Assembly: GCF_049584895.1 (NCBI RefSeq)
Contig: NZ_JBAUYR010000097.1
Span: 2,921-66,920, forward strand
Direction of reading: 5' to 3'
DNA from: Candidatus Binatus sp.
Lineage (GTDB): Bacteria > Desulfobacterota > Binatia > Binatales > Binataceae
Length of the DNA: 64,000 nucleotides
Below, one piece after another: positions 8,492 through 18,457 of this stretch. The number at the start of each line of letters is the position of its first letter. Position 1 is the stretch's first letter. Below the pieces are notes generated by a model. That model saw only the letters and a program-made list of their open reading frames with translations. It was not told the origin of the DNA and ran no database searches. Both the position numbers and the translations under genes were made by a program.

Positions 8492-9148
8492 TTGGCTTGG
8501 TTCCTCCTCATTGCCGGTCCAAATGGTGCTGGTAAAACCACTTTCACGGGCTCGCCGGATTTCCAGAACGCCCTCAAGCTTTTCCCGGGTGGCCCAGTAC
8601 GGCTGCTGAATCCTGATGATGCTGCTAGGGCCTACTACTCTGGCAACCCTGGTGTCACACGGGATGCGGCCGACTACTGGGCTGCGAAAGAGATTCCTTC
8701 GCAGGTCGTCAAATGCATCGATGCTGGAGAAAACGTAGCCGTCGAAACAGTCCTTAGCAGCGACAAATACGAACCCATAATCCAACATGCGCAGCGGCAA
8801 GGATACCAAGTTGGAATCATTTATCTGGCGCTGGAGAGCGCGAAGGTTTCAAAAGAGCGCGTAGCAAAGCGCGTAGCCAGCGGAGGCCATCCGGTGCCGC
8901 AAACAAAAATCGCGGATCGTTGGGAACGGTCTCTCGATCGGCTGGTCAAATTCGTCCCGCTAGTGGATGGCCTTCTCCTGTTTCTGAGTACTTCGGGAGG
9001 CGTCGATCTCCTTTCAGAAAAACATCAAGGGCAGGTCATTTGGTATGGCGGAGCAAAATTCCCGGACCTGAAGGCACGCCTTGGAGCGAAAGATTTTCCT
9101 CAATCCGGTCCGAAAACCGGAGGCATGCCATTTCCGCACAAACCCTGA
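8492..9148 (+). CDS. Zeta-toxin-like / COG4185-type P-loop kinase
   Basis: Walker A lies right at the N-terminus (LLIAGPNGAGKTTF), with ETVLSS and a later RVASGGHPVP segment typical of zeta/AAA_33-like kinases. TTG start with no obvious SD. Confidence 0.65.
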   Translation: MAWFLLIAGPNGAGKTTFTGSPDFQNALKLFPGGPVRLLNPDDAARAYYSGNPGVTRDAADYWAAKEIPSQVVKCIDAGENVAVETVLSSDKYEPIIQHAQRQGYQVGIIYLALESAKVSKERVAKRVASGGHPVPQTKIADRWERSLDRLVKFVPLVDGLLLFLSTSGGVDLLSEKHQGQVIWYGGAKFPDLKARLGAKDFPQSGPKTGGMPFPHKP

Positions 9149-9286
9149 TCCTCAGACAACCGGTGGAGATTTCCTCGGATCAATCTGCGGACCATCCGAG
9201 CATTTGTATCAAAGCGTGATCCGCAGTCGCTCCGGGAAACCTCTCGCGATGCCATATGCTGCCGTCTTCCACGCGGCCGATGCTGC

Positions 9287-10267
9287 TCAGGTTCTCGGAT
9301 TCCGATCGTTAGATCGGCTGGACCTTCGCTCTCGTGGCTGGAATCCGTTTTTGTGCAGCATGACGTAGAGTGAGCGCCTCGAAACTCCAAGAATGTCCGC
9401 AGCGCGACTGCGGTTGTTACCCGTCGCCTCCAACGTCCTCCGGATGAGTTCGTGCTCTACCGCTTCCAGCGTCGATCCAACGCGGACGACAAACTCAGCT
9501 TCGCTGTGCCTGACCTCGTAAAATTCCTCGGGAAGATCGTGGAGCGCTATCCGGCCTTGCTCTCGCGTGACTACGGCCCGCTCGATCGCGTTCCGAAGCT
9601 CCCGCACGTTGCCCGGCCAATCGTACGCCCTGAACGCGGCCAGAGATTCGGCGTCGAGGCCGTCAACATCCTTTCCGTGCTCCTGATTGAGTTCCTCAAC
9701 GAAGTGGGCAACAAGCAAATCGAGGTCCTCAAGTCGCTCGCGCAACGGAGGGATCGTGATCTTGAGAACGTTAAGGCGGTAGTACAAGTCCTCCCGCAGT
9801 TTCCTGCTTTCGAGAGCTTCGTGAAGCGGGCGGTTAGTGGCGGCGATCACACGAACGTTAACCTGGATGCTTTCTTCGCCGCCAACCCTTCTGATCTTGT
9901 GGTCTTCGAGAACGCGAAGAAGTTTCGGCTGAAGCTCCGGCTTCATCTCGGTTATTTCGTCCAAGAAGACGGTCCCGCCATTGGCCTGCTCGAAGATCCC
10001 GAGCCGCCGGGCGGATGCGCTCGTGAACGCACCGCGTTCGTGCCCGAACAGCTCACTCTCGATTAGATCGCCAGGAATCGCGGCGCAGTTTACCGCAAGA
10101 AATCGTCCGCTCCGCTTCGAGCGAGCATGAATCTCGTTCGAGGCGACATCCTTGCCGACGCCGCTCTCGCCAATGATTAGAACTGTAGATCCTGATCGAG
10201 CAGCCTTGTCGATCAGCTCCTGCACGCGGAGAATCGCTTGCGATCCGCCAACAAACATTGGACGCAA
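9287..10267 (-). CDS. Sigma-54-dependent transcriptional activator (bEBP): AAA+ domain plus C-terminal Fis-type HTH, no N-terminal sensor domain (PspF-like architecture)
   Basis: Motifs seen: Walker A GESGVGKD, ESELFGHERGAFTSA (GAFTGA loop), Walker B GGTVFLDEI, YRLNV, WPGNVRELRNAIERA, and HTH NRSRAADILGVSRRSLY. The AAA+ domain begins within ~10 residues of the start (TTG at 10267 or ATG at 10258). Confidence 0.88.
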   Translation of the reverse strand: MRPMFVGGSQAILRVQELIDKAARSGSTVLIIGESGVGKDVASNEIHARSKRSGRFLAVNCAAIPGDLIESELFGHERGAFTSASARRLGIFEQANGGTVFLDEITEMKPELQPKLLRVLEDHKIRRVGGEESIQVNVRVIAATNRPLHEALESRKLREDLYYRLNVLKITIPPLRERLEDLDLLVAHFVEELNQEHGKDVDGLDAESLAAFRAYDWPGNVRELRNAIERAVVTREQGRIALHDLPEEFYEVRHSEAEFVVRVGSTLEAVEHELIRRTLEATGNNRSRAADILGVSRRSLYVMLHKNGFQPRERRSSRSNDRNPRT

Positions 10268-10626
10268 GCATCAGAGTCTCTCCGCTACCGCGTCCACCAC
10301 CACCTCAGGTCGAGTACCTCTAACGCCCTCTCACTACTCCAATAACGCCCTAAACTGCGGACGGCACCAAGGGTCCACGTCGGAAGCTGAACCCGAAGTT
10401 TAAACCTGTGAACCGGTAGTTCCGCCCGTTTCGCAGCCGTGAACTCCTGAACGCCGCACGACGGTCTGCGCTGTTAAAGGATGCACATCGTGTTACGATT
10501 TGTCTACCCAGAAAATGTTTCTCTCAGGCTTCATCCCAAAGGCCCCATTTTCGAAATGGTGTCCAGCGGCCCAGCCCTCGCATTTCTGCCACGCTCATCC
10601 TGCGGCGAGCGTGTGTTTCCGCTATC

Positions 10627-11985
10627 TTGCGATCGAGGGCTGAGAACCAAGAAAAGGGGAACTTTTTGCGCGGTCGTAACAATCCGCTCCGGAATGTCGC
10701 TGACGCTGAAATCAACGCGAAACTCGCTTCCGTCGTCGAATGGTTTGGCGAGAATTGGTTGGAGAAAGGCAGTAAGAACCCTGTGCAGAGAATCTGGCAT
10801 CGACAGGATGGGCTCGCGACAGACGAGCTTGTGATTCTGGGAGACGCCCTCCAGAGGCTTGAATCAGAAAACGAGCGCTGGGTTCAGAAAACCGTTAACA
10901 AAATTAAGACGGCCGATGACAACAATCGAAGCGGTGCAGTTTTCGAACTGATCGGACTGAGCCTTTTCGAGGCTGGCGACCAGAAGGTCACTTGTGCGCG
11001 CGACAGCAATCCTGGTTACGACGGCGAGATAGTTTTTCAAGGCGGCCAACGACTACTGCTATCGCTCAAGAGTTATGGAGACTCCGTTCATGAGCGCGAG
11101 ATAGTTCGGCAGTCTCGCTTGGTAGAGGCGACATTTGCTTCCGCGATGCAACGTACATCGCGGAATGGCCTCGGAATTCGAATTTTGGCAACGACTTTTC
11201 CATCTCAATCAGACTGGAACTCTTTGCGCTCGGCTATTTCCTCATTCACCGAAGCGCGCAGTGGCGCCAGCTCGGCCCCCTTTGCGATAAACAACATATG
11301 GGGGGCTATGATTCACCCACTAGCCGACTCCTTTTCACCATTGAGCGCGCAATATCTATCGTATGTGATGCTGGTGCTAGTGCCATTTCACAAAAATGAG
11401 CAGCAGAATCTGATTGCAAAAGTTGAAGCGGCGTGCGCGAACTTTGCGGCGCATCCGGGTCCGGGCTCCCCACAGGTCTGCCGCGCCGCATTCATCCGGT
11501 TGCCTCCGTCCGGATCCGTCGTCATTTGCCAAAAAACCGTACGCCAATACTTCTCGGACACTCCGGACAGTCCGATAGATGGAGTAATTCTCTATCAACC
11601 AACTGTATCTAGAGACTTGAAGACCAGCCAGTCTATCATCACTCACTACCTTGCATTTGCGGGAACCGTTAAGTTCGAGACTTGGTCCGCAACACTGCCG
11701 CACCCTATGAGCATCCGGACAATCGTCGGCGGCGTTTCGACGAAGCCTACGCAGATGATGCTGAATGATGGAACCATCTCTGTACCGATTGATGGCTGCT
11801 ACGCATTTCAAAGCGGCAACGTGTATCGCGAGTTTCGGTTGAACGAGAAAGGCGAGTCCACAAGCGAACTCGGTAGTCCCGCGCCTGGAGTTCTGACGCA
11901 TGCCGTACAGGAGTGTCTGCCCGGCCAGTGGTTACTTATCCAGGGCAAACTCCCAATCGACGAGCACTTCGAGGTGCTTGGATAG
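10627..11985 (+). CDS. Hypothetical protein, 452 aa, no family recognised
   Basis: Long clean ORF, visibly less GC-rich than the core genes. A possible PD-(D/E)xK-like string is present (AVFELIGLSLFE ... GYDGEIVF ... LLLSLKSY), but this is weak. The start is uncertain: TTG at 10627, or TTG at 10666 after AAGGGG. Confidence 0.6.
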   Translation: MRSRAENQEKGNFLRGRNNPLRNVADAEINAKLASVVEWFGENWLEKGSKNPVQRIWHRQDGLATDELVILGDALQRLESENERWVQKTVNKIKTADDNNRSGAVFELIGLSLFEAGDQKVTCARDSNPGYDGEIVFQGGQRLLLSLKSYGDSVHEREIVRQSRLVEATFASAMQRTSRNGLGIRILATTFPSQSDWNSLRSAISSFTEARSGASSAPFAINNIWGAMIHPLADSFSPLSAQYLSYVMLVLVPFHKNEQQNLIAKVEAACANFAAHPGPGSPQVCRAAFIRLPPSGSVVICQKTVRQYFSDTPDSPIDGVILYQPTVSRDLKTSQSIITHYLAFAGTVKFETWSATLPHPMSIRTIVGGVSTKPTQMMLNDGTISVPIDGCYAFQSGNVYREFRLNEKGESTSELGSPAPGVLTHAVQECLPGQWLLIQGKLPIDEHFEVLG

Positions 11986-12019
11986 CCTGCGAACTTAGAG
12001 CGCCCCATTTGGGTTCAGT

Positions 12020-12847
12020 TTGAAGCTTCTGGAGAGAGCCGGTATCCGAACGACCGACGCGGCAGGCGCCGCGGCGGTAAGTTTTCACGAGTACGTCTCC
12101 GATCGTTCTGCGGCTCTACTCCTACGTGAGCAGCCCGAGATGTTGGAGATCGGCTCAGTCGTATGCCTCAAGATAGAGGATCGCTATCTGGCTGCGACAG
12201 CTGCGCATAACGTCCGGCATTTAGATCCCCCGCGGATAGAGATTGTGCCAGCTGGCGAACGGAACGCGGAAGCACTCCGTGTCTGCCGTATCGGATATCC
12301 AACCAACACTGAGGACGAAGATGTCGCGTGTCTCGAGCTGGATCCGCAACAGTGCGCGCGAGCCCAGCGGGTTCGATTCGTTCACCTAAATCAGATCGCG
12401 CCCTTGACGGAACAGTCAGAACCTCAAGTCTGTTTTCTTCAAGGGTATCCCGCGCAAAATATCGAAAAGCCGGCGCATGCCCAGCACCGCCCGCTCGCCG
12501 AGTCCGACGGCCTTTTAACGCTGGTCATTCCTCTTCCGATGCGTCCCGCCGCTCAGGATCCACGCGTAATTGGCATCGAGTATCCTCCTCACGACGACAG
12601 CCTTAAGAAAGCTGGACTGCCGCATCCCGCAGGTTTAAGCGGCGGCGCTGTGTGGCTGTTTCCGACATTTAGAGAGAACTTGGTCTGGTCTCCTGACAAG
12701 GCGAGACTCGTTGCGATCGAGCGAGGATGGTGGCGGGAAGAGAAAGAAGTCATAGCAACCCGCATCGAAGTATGGCTCCGCCTGGTAGCCACGCAGATTC
12801 CGAAGCTTCGCTCCACAATCGAGGCCAAGTTCGGCCCACTCGCGTAG
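12020..12847 (+). CDS. Trypsin-fold (S1-like) serine protease, 275 aa
   Basis: Catalytic-triad motifs occur in the canonical order: TAAHN (His63, 12206-12208), DVACLEL (Asp101, ~12320) and GLSGGAVW (Ser207, ~12638). No signal peptide seen. TTG start, 35 nt after the upstream ORF. Confidence 0.65.
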   Translation: MKLLERAGIRTTDAAGAAAVSFHEYVSDRSAALLLREQPEMLEIGSVVCLKIEDRYLAATAAHNVRHLDPPRIEIVPAGERNAEALRVCRIGYPTNTEDEDVACLELDPQQCARAQRVRFVHLNQIAPLTEQSEPQVCFLQGYPAQNIEKPAHAQHRPLAESDGLLTLVIPLPMRPAAQDPRVIGIEYPPHDDSLKKAGLPHPAGLSGGAVWLFPTFRENLVWSPDKARLVAIERGWWREEKEVIATRIEVWLRLVATQIPKLRSTIEAKFGPLA

Positions 12848-13135
12848 AAGGCCCCTTTCACAGAGACTGATTTCGAGATCTGCGGAAACCGATGCGCGGA
12901 AATCCTGCATGCATCCTGACAACCGTGATTCGAGCCGACGCGCCCGGAAAATGCGGGAACTCGACGCGAAAGTGTGTGTGCGAAATCTGCACACTGCACA
13001 CTTTTTGCTGTTGGTCCGTCGCCCCGCGAGCCGCGATCGTCCACATCCCCGAAGGTCCCTGACTTGCACCATACGCGAACCGGCAGAGGTGTGGCGGAGT
13101 GGAGGTGGACACACCAAATCAGGAGGACTCCGCAA

Positions 13136-13346
13136 ATGCCTGACGCTCAAGTTTCCCCCAGCCCCGAGACGCGCGACTACCTCAATATCACAGAGACTGC
13201 AGATCGTTCGCGCTTGGCCGTGAAGACGCTCTATAATTGGATCAGCCTTGGCCGACTCGGACCCCGCGAAGGTGTCTGCCACGTCGGACGCAAGGTTGTG
13301 ATTCATTGGCCAACGTTTGAGGCGGCGGTGATGAGGAGAGGCGAAA

Positions 13347-13360
<14 letters not shown>
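13136..13360 (+). CDS. xis: Excisionase / AlpA-like HTH protein
   Basis: ATG at 13136 with AGGAGGA at 13121-13127. Sequence is YLNITETADRSRLAVKTLYNWISLGRL. It overlaps the integrase start by 14 nt. Confidence 0.7.
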
Positions 13361-14707
<1,347 letters not shown>

Positions 14708-14840
14708 TCTGGGCCGAGTCTAGGTACCGCCTTGCGAAGTGTCAATTGAGTCTTCGCCAACTTCGCCTGAATCAACCCTCCTGCGAATACAAGCACACCT
14801 CGGGATTGACTTCGTTGCCTCCGATCGAAAAGTCTCACGT

Positions 14841-15464
14841 ATGAGCCATCGGTTTCCGGCCGTCGCCGCGAGTGCGTCTCGACCTTCGCTCCATCTAACT
14901 ATTGTTTCGCTAATCGTCGGGGCGCTGACGCTGGCATCCGCCGGATGCTCTCTTTTTGGAGCGAAGTCGAATTCCGCAAACCCTCCGACCGAGCAGCAGT
15001 TGGAAAGTTACGCCACGCAGCAGACGGCCCTTCGAGATAACGCGAGCAATCCCGGCGGAGCCACACAGCAGAGTTGCGATCAGCTCGCCGCGGCCACGCC
15101 CGGCGTCGAGGAACTTCGGATCAACCAGGGCGCCGTCGAGAGCCGCCAATGGACGCTCATCGGAAATGGCTCGGAGCACCGCTGGGTTTTCGTAAAGGCT
15201 CCCGATGCCTCTGCCGGCGGCTGGGCGCCCAAGCCTGGCCTCGACAAGCTCGACTTCCAGCCGCCCGTTGATCCTGCGCTCGCATCGGGTTCCAGCCACT
15301 TCCTTGCCTACGCTCCAGTTCAGAGCCAGAGCCTCGCGGAGAGCGAAAAATCCGACGCCATCAGAGGGGTGTTCGGCGCGCCGCAAGGGGAGTTTACCTG
15401 GCGCGGACGAAAGTACAGTTACACTCTGACGCCCGAATTGCCCTGCTTTCCACAACTGCAATAA
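14841..15464 (+). CDS. Hypothetical lipoprotein
   Basis: Signal peptide with lipobox: MSHRFPAV...LIVGALTLASAGC. ATG at 14841. Confidence 0.6.
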   Translation: MSHRFPAVAASASRPSLHLTIVSLIVGALTLASAGCSLFGAKSNSANPPTEQQLESYATQQTALRDNASNPGGATQQSCDQLAAATPGVEELRINQGAVESRQWTLIGNGSEHRWVFVKAPDASAGGWAPKPGLDKLDFQPPVDPALASGSSHFLAYAPVQSQSLAESEKSDAIRGVFGAPQGEFTWRGRKYSYTLTPELPCFPQLQ

Positions 15465-15472
15465 AAGTCGCG

Positions 15473-16078
15473 ATGAGCCCGTCGCGAAAGCTGCCGCGTG
15501 AGTTTTACGCACGCCCGGTACTGCTGGTCGCGCGCGAATGTATCGGTAAAATTCTCGTACATCGTACCTCCGAAGGCGTCGCAGCCGGCCGAGTGGTCGA
15601 GGTCGAAGCGTATCGCGGTCCACTCGATCTTGCGGCTCATAGCGCGCGCGGACTTACAAAACGAACCGCCGTCATGTATGGGCCGCCAGGTCACGCGTAT
15701 GTGTACTTGCTATACGGAATCAGTTGGGCATTGAACCTTGTGACTACTGCCGATGGCGAGCCGCACGCAGTACTGATCAGAGCAATCGAGCCGCTGCGAG
15801 GTATTCCTTTGATGGCGCGGCGGCGACGCAAGCCACCCGATTCTCGTGAACTGACTAATGGCCCCGGCAAACTAACTAATGCACTGGCTATTACGGGCGC
15901 CGACTATGGACGCGATCTATGTGGTGGACGGCTCTACCTGGAGCATTCCGAAGTTTCGGTTGGGCGAATCGGCCGCTCCCCGAGAATCAACGTGGACTAC
16001 GCCGGCATTTGGGCATCGAAGCGATGGCGTTTTTATGAGCGCGGCAACCGCTACGTTTCGGTAGCACCTCGCGACTAA
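15473..16078 (+). CDS. mpg: DNA-3-methyladenine glycosylase (Mpg/AAG family)
   Basis: LPREFYARPVLLVARECIGKILV...EVEAYRGPLDLAAHSARGLTKRTAVMYGPPGHAYVYLLYG is the family signature. Confidence 0.85.
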   Translation: MSPSRKLPREFYARPVLLVARECIGKILVHRTSEGVAAGRVVEVEAYRGPLDLAAHSARGLTKRTAVMYGPPGHAYVYLLYGISWALNLVTTADGEPHAVLIRAIEPLRGIPLMARRRRKPPDSRELTNGPGKLTNALAITGADYGRDLCGGRLYLEHSEVSVGRIGRSPRINVDYAGIWASKRWRFYERGNRYVSVAPRD

Positions 16079-17541
16079 CTGATCGGAGCCTTCTGCAGAC
16101 AACCTGCGGGCCGCGAAACCACGGTAATATTTTTGAATTTAGAGACGATTATCGGGTACTCCCGGCGTATCGCGGCGGCCTCTTCGGGCGACACAGTCGG
16201 CGATAGAATCACGACTCGGGGCGCTTTATGTTCGGCTTCGTCAAAAGGAAAGCGGACTATTTTCACGGTACGACGATTCGCTGCAGGCATGTAATAGCTA
16301 ACCAGGTAGACCTCGCTGCTGGCGCCGACACACTGCCTCGCACAGGAATTCGATAGCGCTATCTCGCACGCGTCGCGCCAGCGGTTGTCTCCTGCCCTTA
16401 AATCCGCCGACGCTCTTAGTACACAGAGACTGACTATTGCGATTAATGCAACTGAACGGAGTTGTCGCGATTGTACGGACTCAATACCTATTGCAGTGAG
16501 TATAAACAAGGGAACGAAAGAGGATATCAGGTATCGCGTAATCAGCATCGGAGTAATCAAATAAGATCCGGCGAAGAGGATAATCGGCGGCACCACGATC
16601 CAGAGAATCAGCAGCATTGCCTGATCTCGAGACGAGCGCCAAAGCCGAAGCCCGCCCAAAATTGAGAATATCGCCAAGAGCGGAAATGTCAGGGTGCCGA
16701 GTGCGCTCTCGAACGTCGCTATCGGTTCCCATCGACCCGGCGGTTTGATCCAATCGTAATCACCCCGCGCTACGCCCTCGACGCCGTATCGCAAACCGGC
16801 AAAAAACGGCAGCAACAACACTATCGAGGCGGCGAGCGCGACCCCCATCATCCATTCTGTCGAGCGTCGGGTCGTCTCATCGCTTGGCGCATAGACAAGC
16901 CGCAGGTAAATCAACCACAGCACTTCGGCGGGAATCACCAGCGCCGCCGTGAAGTTGGTGGCGACAGCAATCGCCGAAAAAATTGTGAGACCAGCGTAAT
17001 TCGCCAGCCCGCCTAGCCGACGCGCGCGGAGCAGAAAGATTATCTGCACGAGAATCCACGCCTGCATCATCGAATACATCCGCGCCTGGCGCGCGATCTC
17101 CACCGACGGAAGCGCAACCGCAAAAATCAGTGCGCACACCGCCGCCACAATGTAGATGCGGCCTTCGTCGCTTTCGTCCGCTCGCCGCGATGTAGCCGCC
17201 AACATCAATTCCACACCCAGGATGAAGACCAGCACGATCGACAGCGAACCGATCAGCGCCGACAACGACCGCATCGCCGCTTCGCTTTCACCGAAAACCC
17301 GCATCCATCCGTGTTGCGCGATTTCGTAAATCGGGAATTTGCCCGAATCCAACTGATGCTGCACGCGCAAAACTGCCTTGATGTTGTGCCCGGAAGACTC
17401 GGCCCACGAAAGCGATTCGTCAATCGACAACTCACGCGAGCCTAGCCGAAAAAATCTGAGCGTCGCGCCCAATGCGACAGCTATCAGCAGTAGTGCTCCG
17501 GCCTGTCCTCGCCATACGCCCGACAGAAAGTTGCGCTTCAT
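16075..17541 (-). CDS. GT39/PMT_2-type membrane glycosyltransferase (ArnT-like)
   Basis: Polytopic membrane protein with an N-terminal FFRLGSRELSIDESLSW loop motif typical of GT-C enzymes. Confidence 0.65.
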   Translation of the reverse strand: MKRNFLSGVWRGQAGALLLIAVALGATLRFFRLGSRELSIDESLSWAESSGHNIKAVLRVQHQLDSGKFPIYEIAQHGWMRVFGESEAAMRSLSALIGSLSIVLVFILGVELMLAATSRRADESDEGRIYIVAAVCALIFAVALPSVEIARQARMYSMMQAWILVQIIFLLRARRLGGLANYAGLTIFSAIAVATNFTAALVIPAEVLWLIYLRLVYAPSDETTRRSTEWMMGVALAASIVLLLPFFAGLRYGVEGVARGDYDWIKPPGRWEPIATFESALGTLTFPLLAIFSILGGLRLWRSSRDQAMLLILWIVVPPIILFAGSYLITPMLITRYLISSFVPLFILTAIGIESVQSRQLRSVALIAIVSLCVLRASADLRAGDNRWRDACEIALSNSCARQCVGASSEVYLVSYYMPAANRRTVKIVRFPFDEAEHKAPRVVILSPTVSPEEAAAIRREYPIIVSKFKNITVVSRPAGCLQKAPIS

Positions 17542-17617
17542 TGATCTGGATCTGTTGCTGCGTGACTCGAAGTCAGGAAATTGCGCGCCAGCATGGTTTC
17601 GCGGTCTACTATCTGCG

Positions 17618-18454
17618 ATGCCGACGCTCGTGCAACGCCCCTTTCCCCTCGCGATATTAACCGATTTCAGCTACCGCGACCATTACGTCGGGGTAATGAA
17701 GGGGGTCATCGCATCGATTGCTCCTGGAGCCAGCGTGATCGACATCACGCACGGCGTCGTTGCACAATGCACGGTCGCGGGAGCGATCGCGCTACGCGAA
17801 TCGTGGCGCTATTTTCCAAGGCGCACGGTATTTCTCGCGGTGGTCGATCCAGGCGTCGGCACCGCGCGCTCGCCGATTGCCATCGAAACCCGCGCCGGCG
17901 CCCGCTTCGTCGGGCCTGACAACGGTCTGCTTTGGCTTGCCGCGAATGATGCCGGTATCACGAGAATCGTGAAACTAACGTCGGCCCGCCATCGTCTTAC
18001 CAACGTGAGTGCTACCTTTCACGGCCGCGACATCTTCGCACCCGCCGCGGCGTATCTGTGGCGGGGCACGCCGATTTCCGCGCTGGGGCCAACCCTCGAC
18101 CCGGACTCGATCGTAACGCTCGACTTGCCGTGTTCGGTGGAGTCACCGCGCCGGGTGCGCGGCGAAGTGATCTACGTCGACGGCTTCGGCAATCTGGTGA
18201 GCAATATCGATCGCCCTACGGCCGAGCGGTTCGGCACTCGCTTTCGCCACAAATCCCTTTCCGTTAGGATCAAAAGTGGCGCGACGATGCGAATACTTGA
18301 CGCTTATGGTGACGCGCCCAAAGGTGTTCCTCTCGCAATATTCGGAAGCTTCGGCCTGCTCGAAGTCGCAATTCGCGACGGCAACGCTGCCACACACTTC
18401 GCTGCTGGACCCGGCACATCGGTATCTCTGATCGCGGACGTAGGCCGCATTTGA
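17618..18454 (+). CDS. SAM hydrolase / SAM-dependent halogenase family protein (DUF62)
   Basis: LAILTDFSYRDHYVGVMKGVI...VVDPGVGT...FHGRDIFAPAAAYL...YVDGFGNLVSNI. The start was taken at the ATG at 17618; upstream of that the ORF is antisense to the GT39 gene. Confidence 0.85.
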   Translation: MPTLVQRPFPLAILTDFSYRDHYVGVMKGVIASIAPGASVIDITHGVVAQCTVAGAIALRESWRYFPRRTVFLAVVDPGVGTARSPIAIETRAGARFVGPDNGLLWLAANDAGITRIVKLTSARHRLTNVSATFHGRDIFAPAAAYLWRGTPISALGPTLDPDSIVTLDLPCSVESPRRVRGEVIYVDGFGNLVSNIDRPTAERFGTRFRHKSLSVRIKSGATMRILDAYGDAPKGVPLAIFGSFGLLEVAIRDGNAATHFAAGPGTSVSLIADVGRI

Positions 18455-18457
18455 ATC

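Noticed and set aside
8477-8494. In-frame TAG between the 77-aa ORF and the zeta-like kinase, as possible stop-codon read-through or a fusion
   Set aside because: Zeta/COG4185 kinases normally start right at the P-loop, so two separate genes is the simpler reading. The shared frame is likely coincidental.
10268-10626. Looked for a sigma-54 -24/-12 promoter between the island bEBP and the orphan gene (for example CGGCACCAAGGGTCC at ~10361, TGCCACGCTCATCCTGC at ~10587)
   Set aside because: None has GG-N10-GC at the right spacing, so no promoter is claimed.
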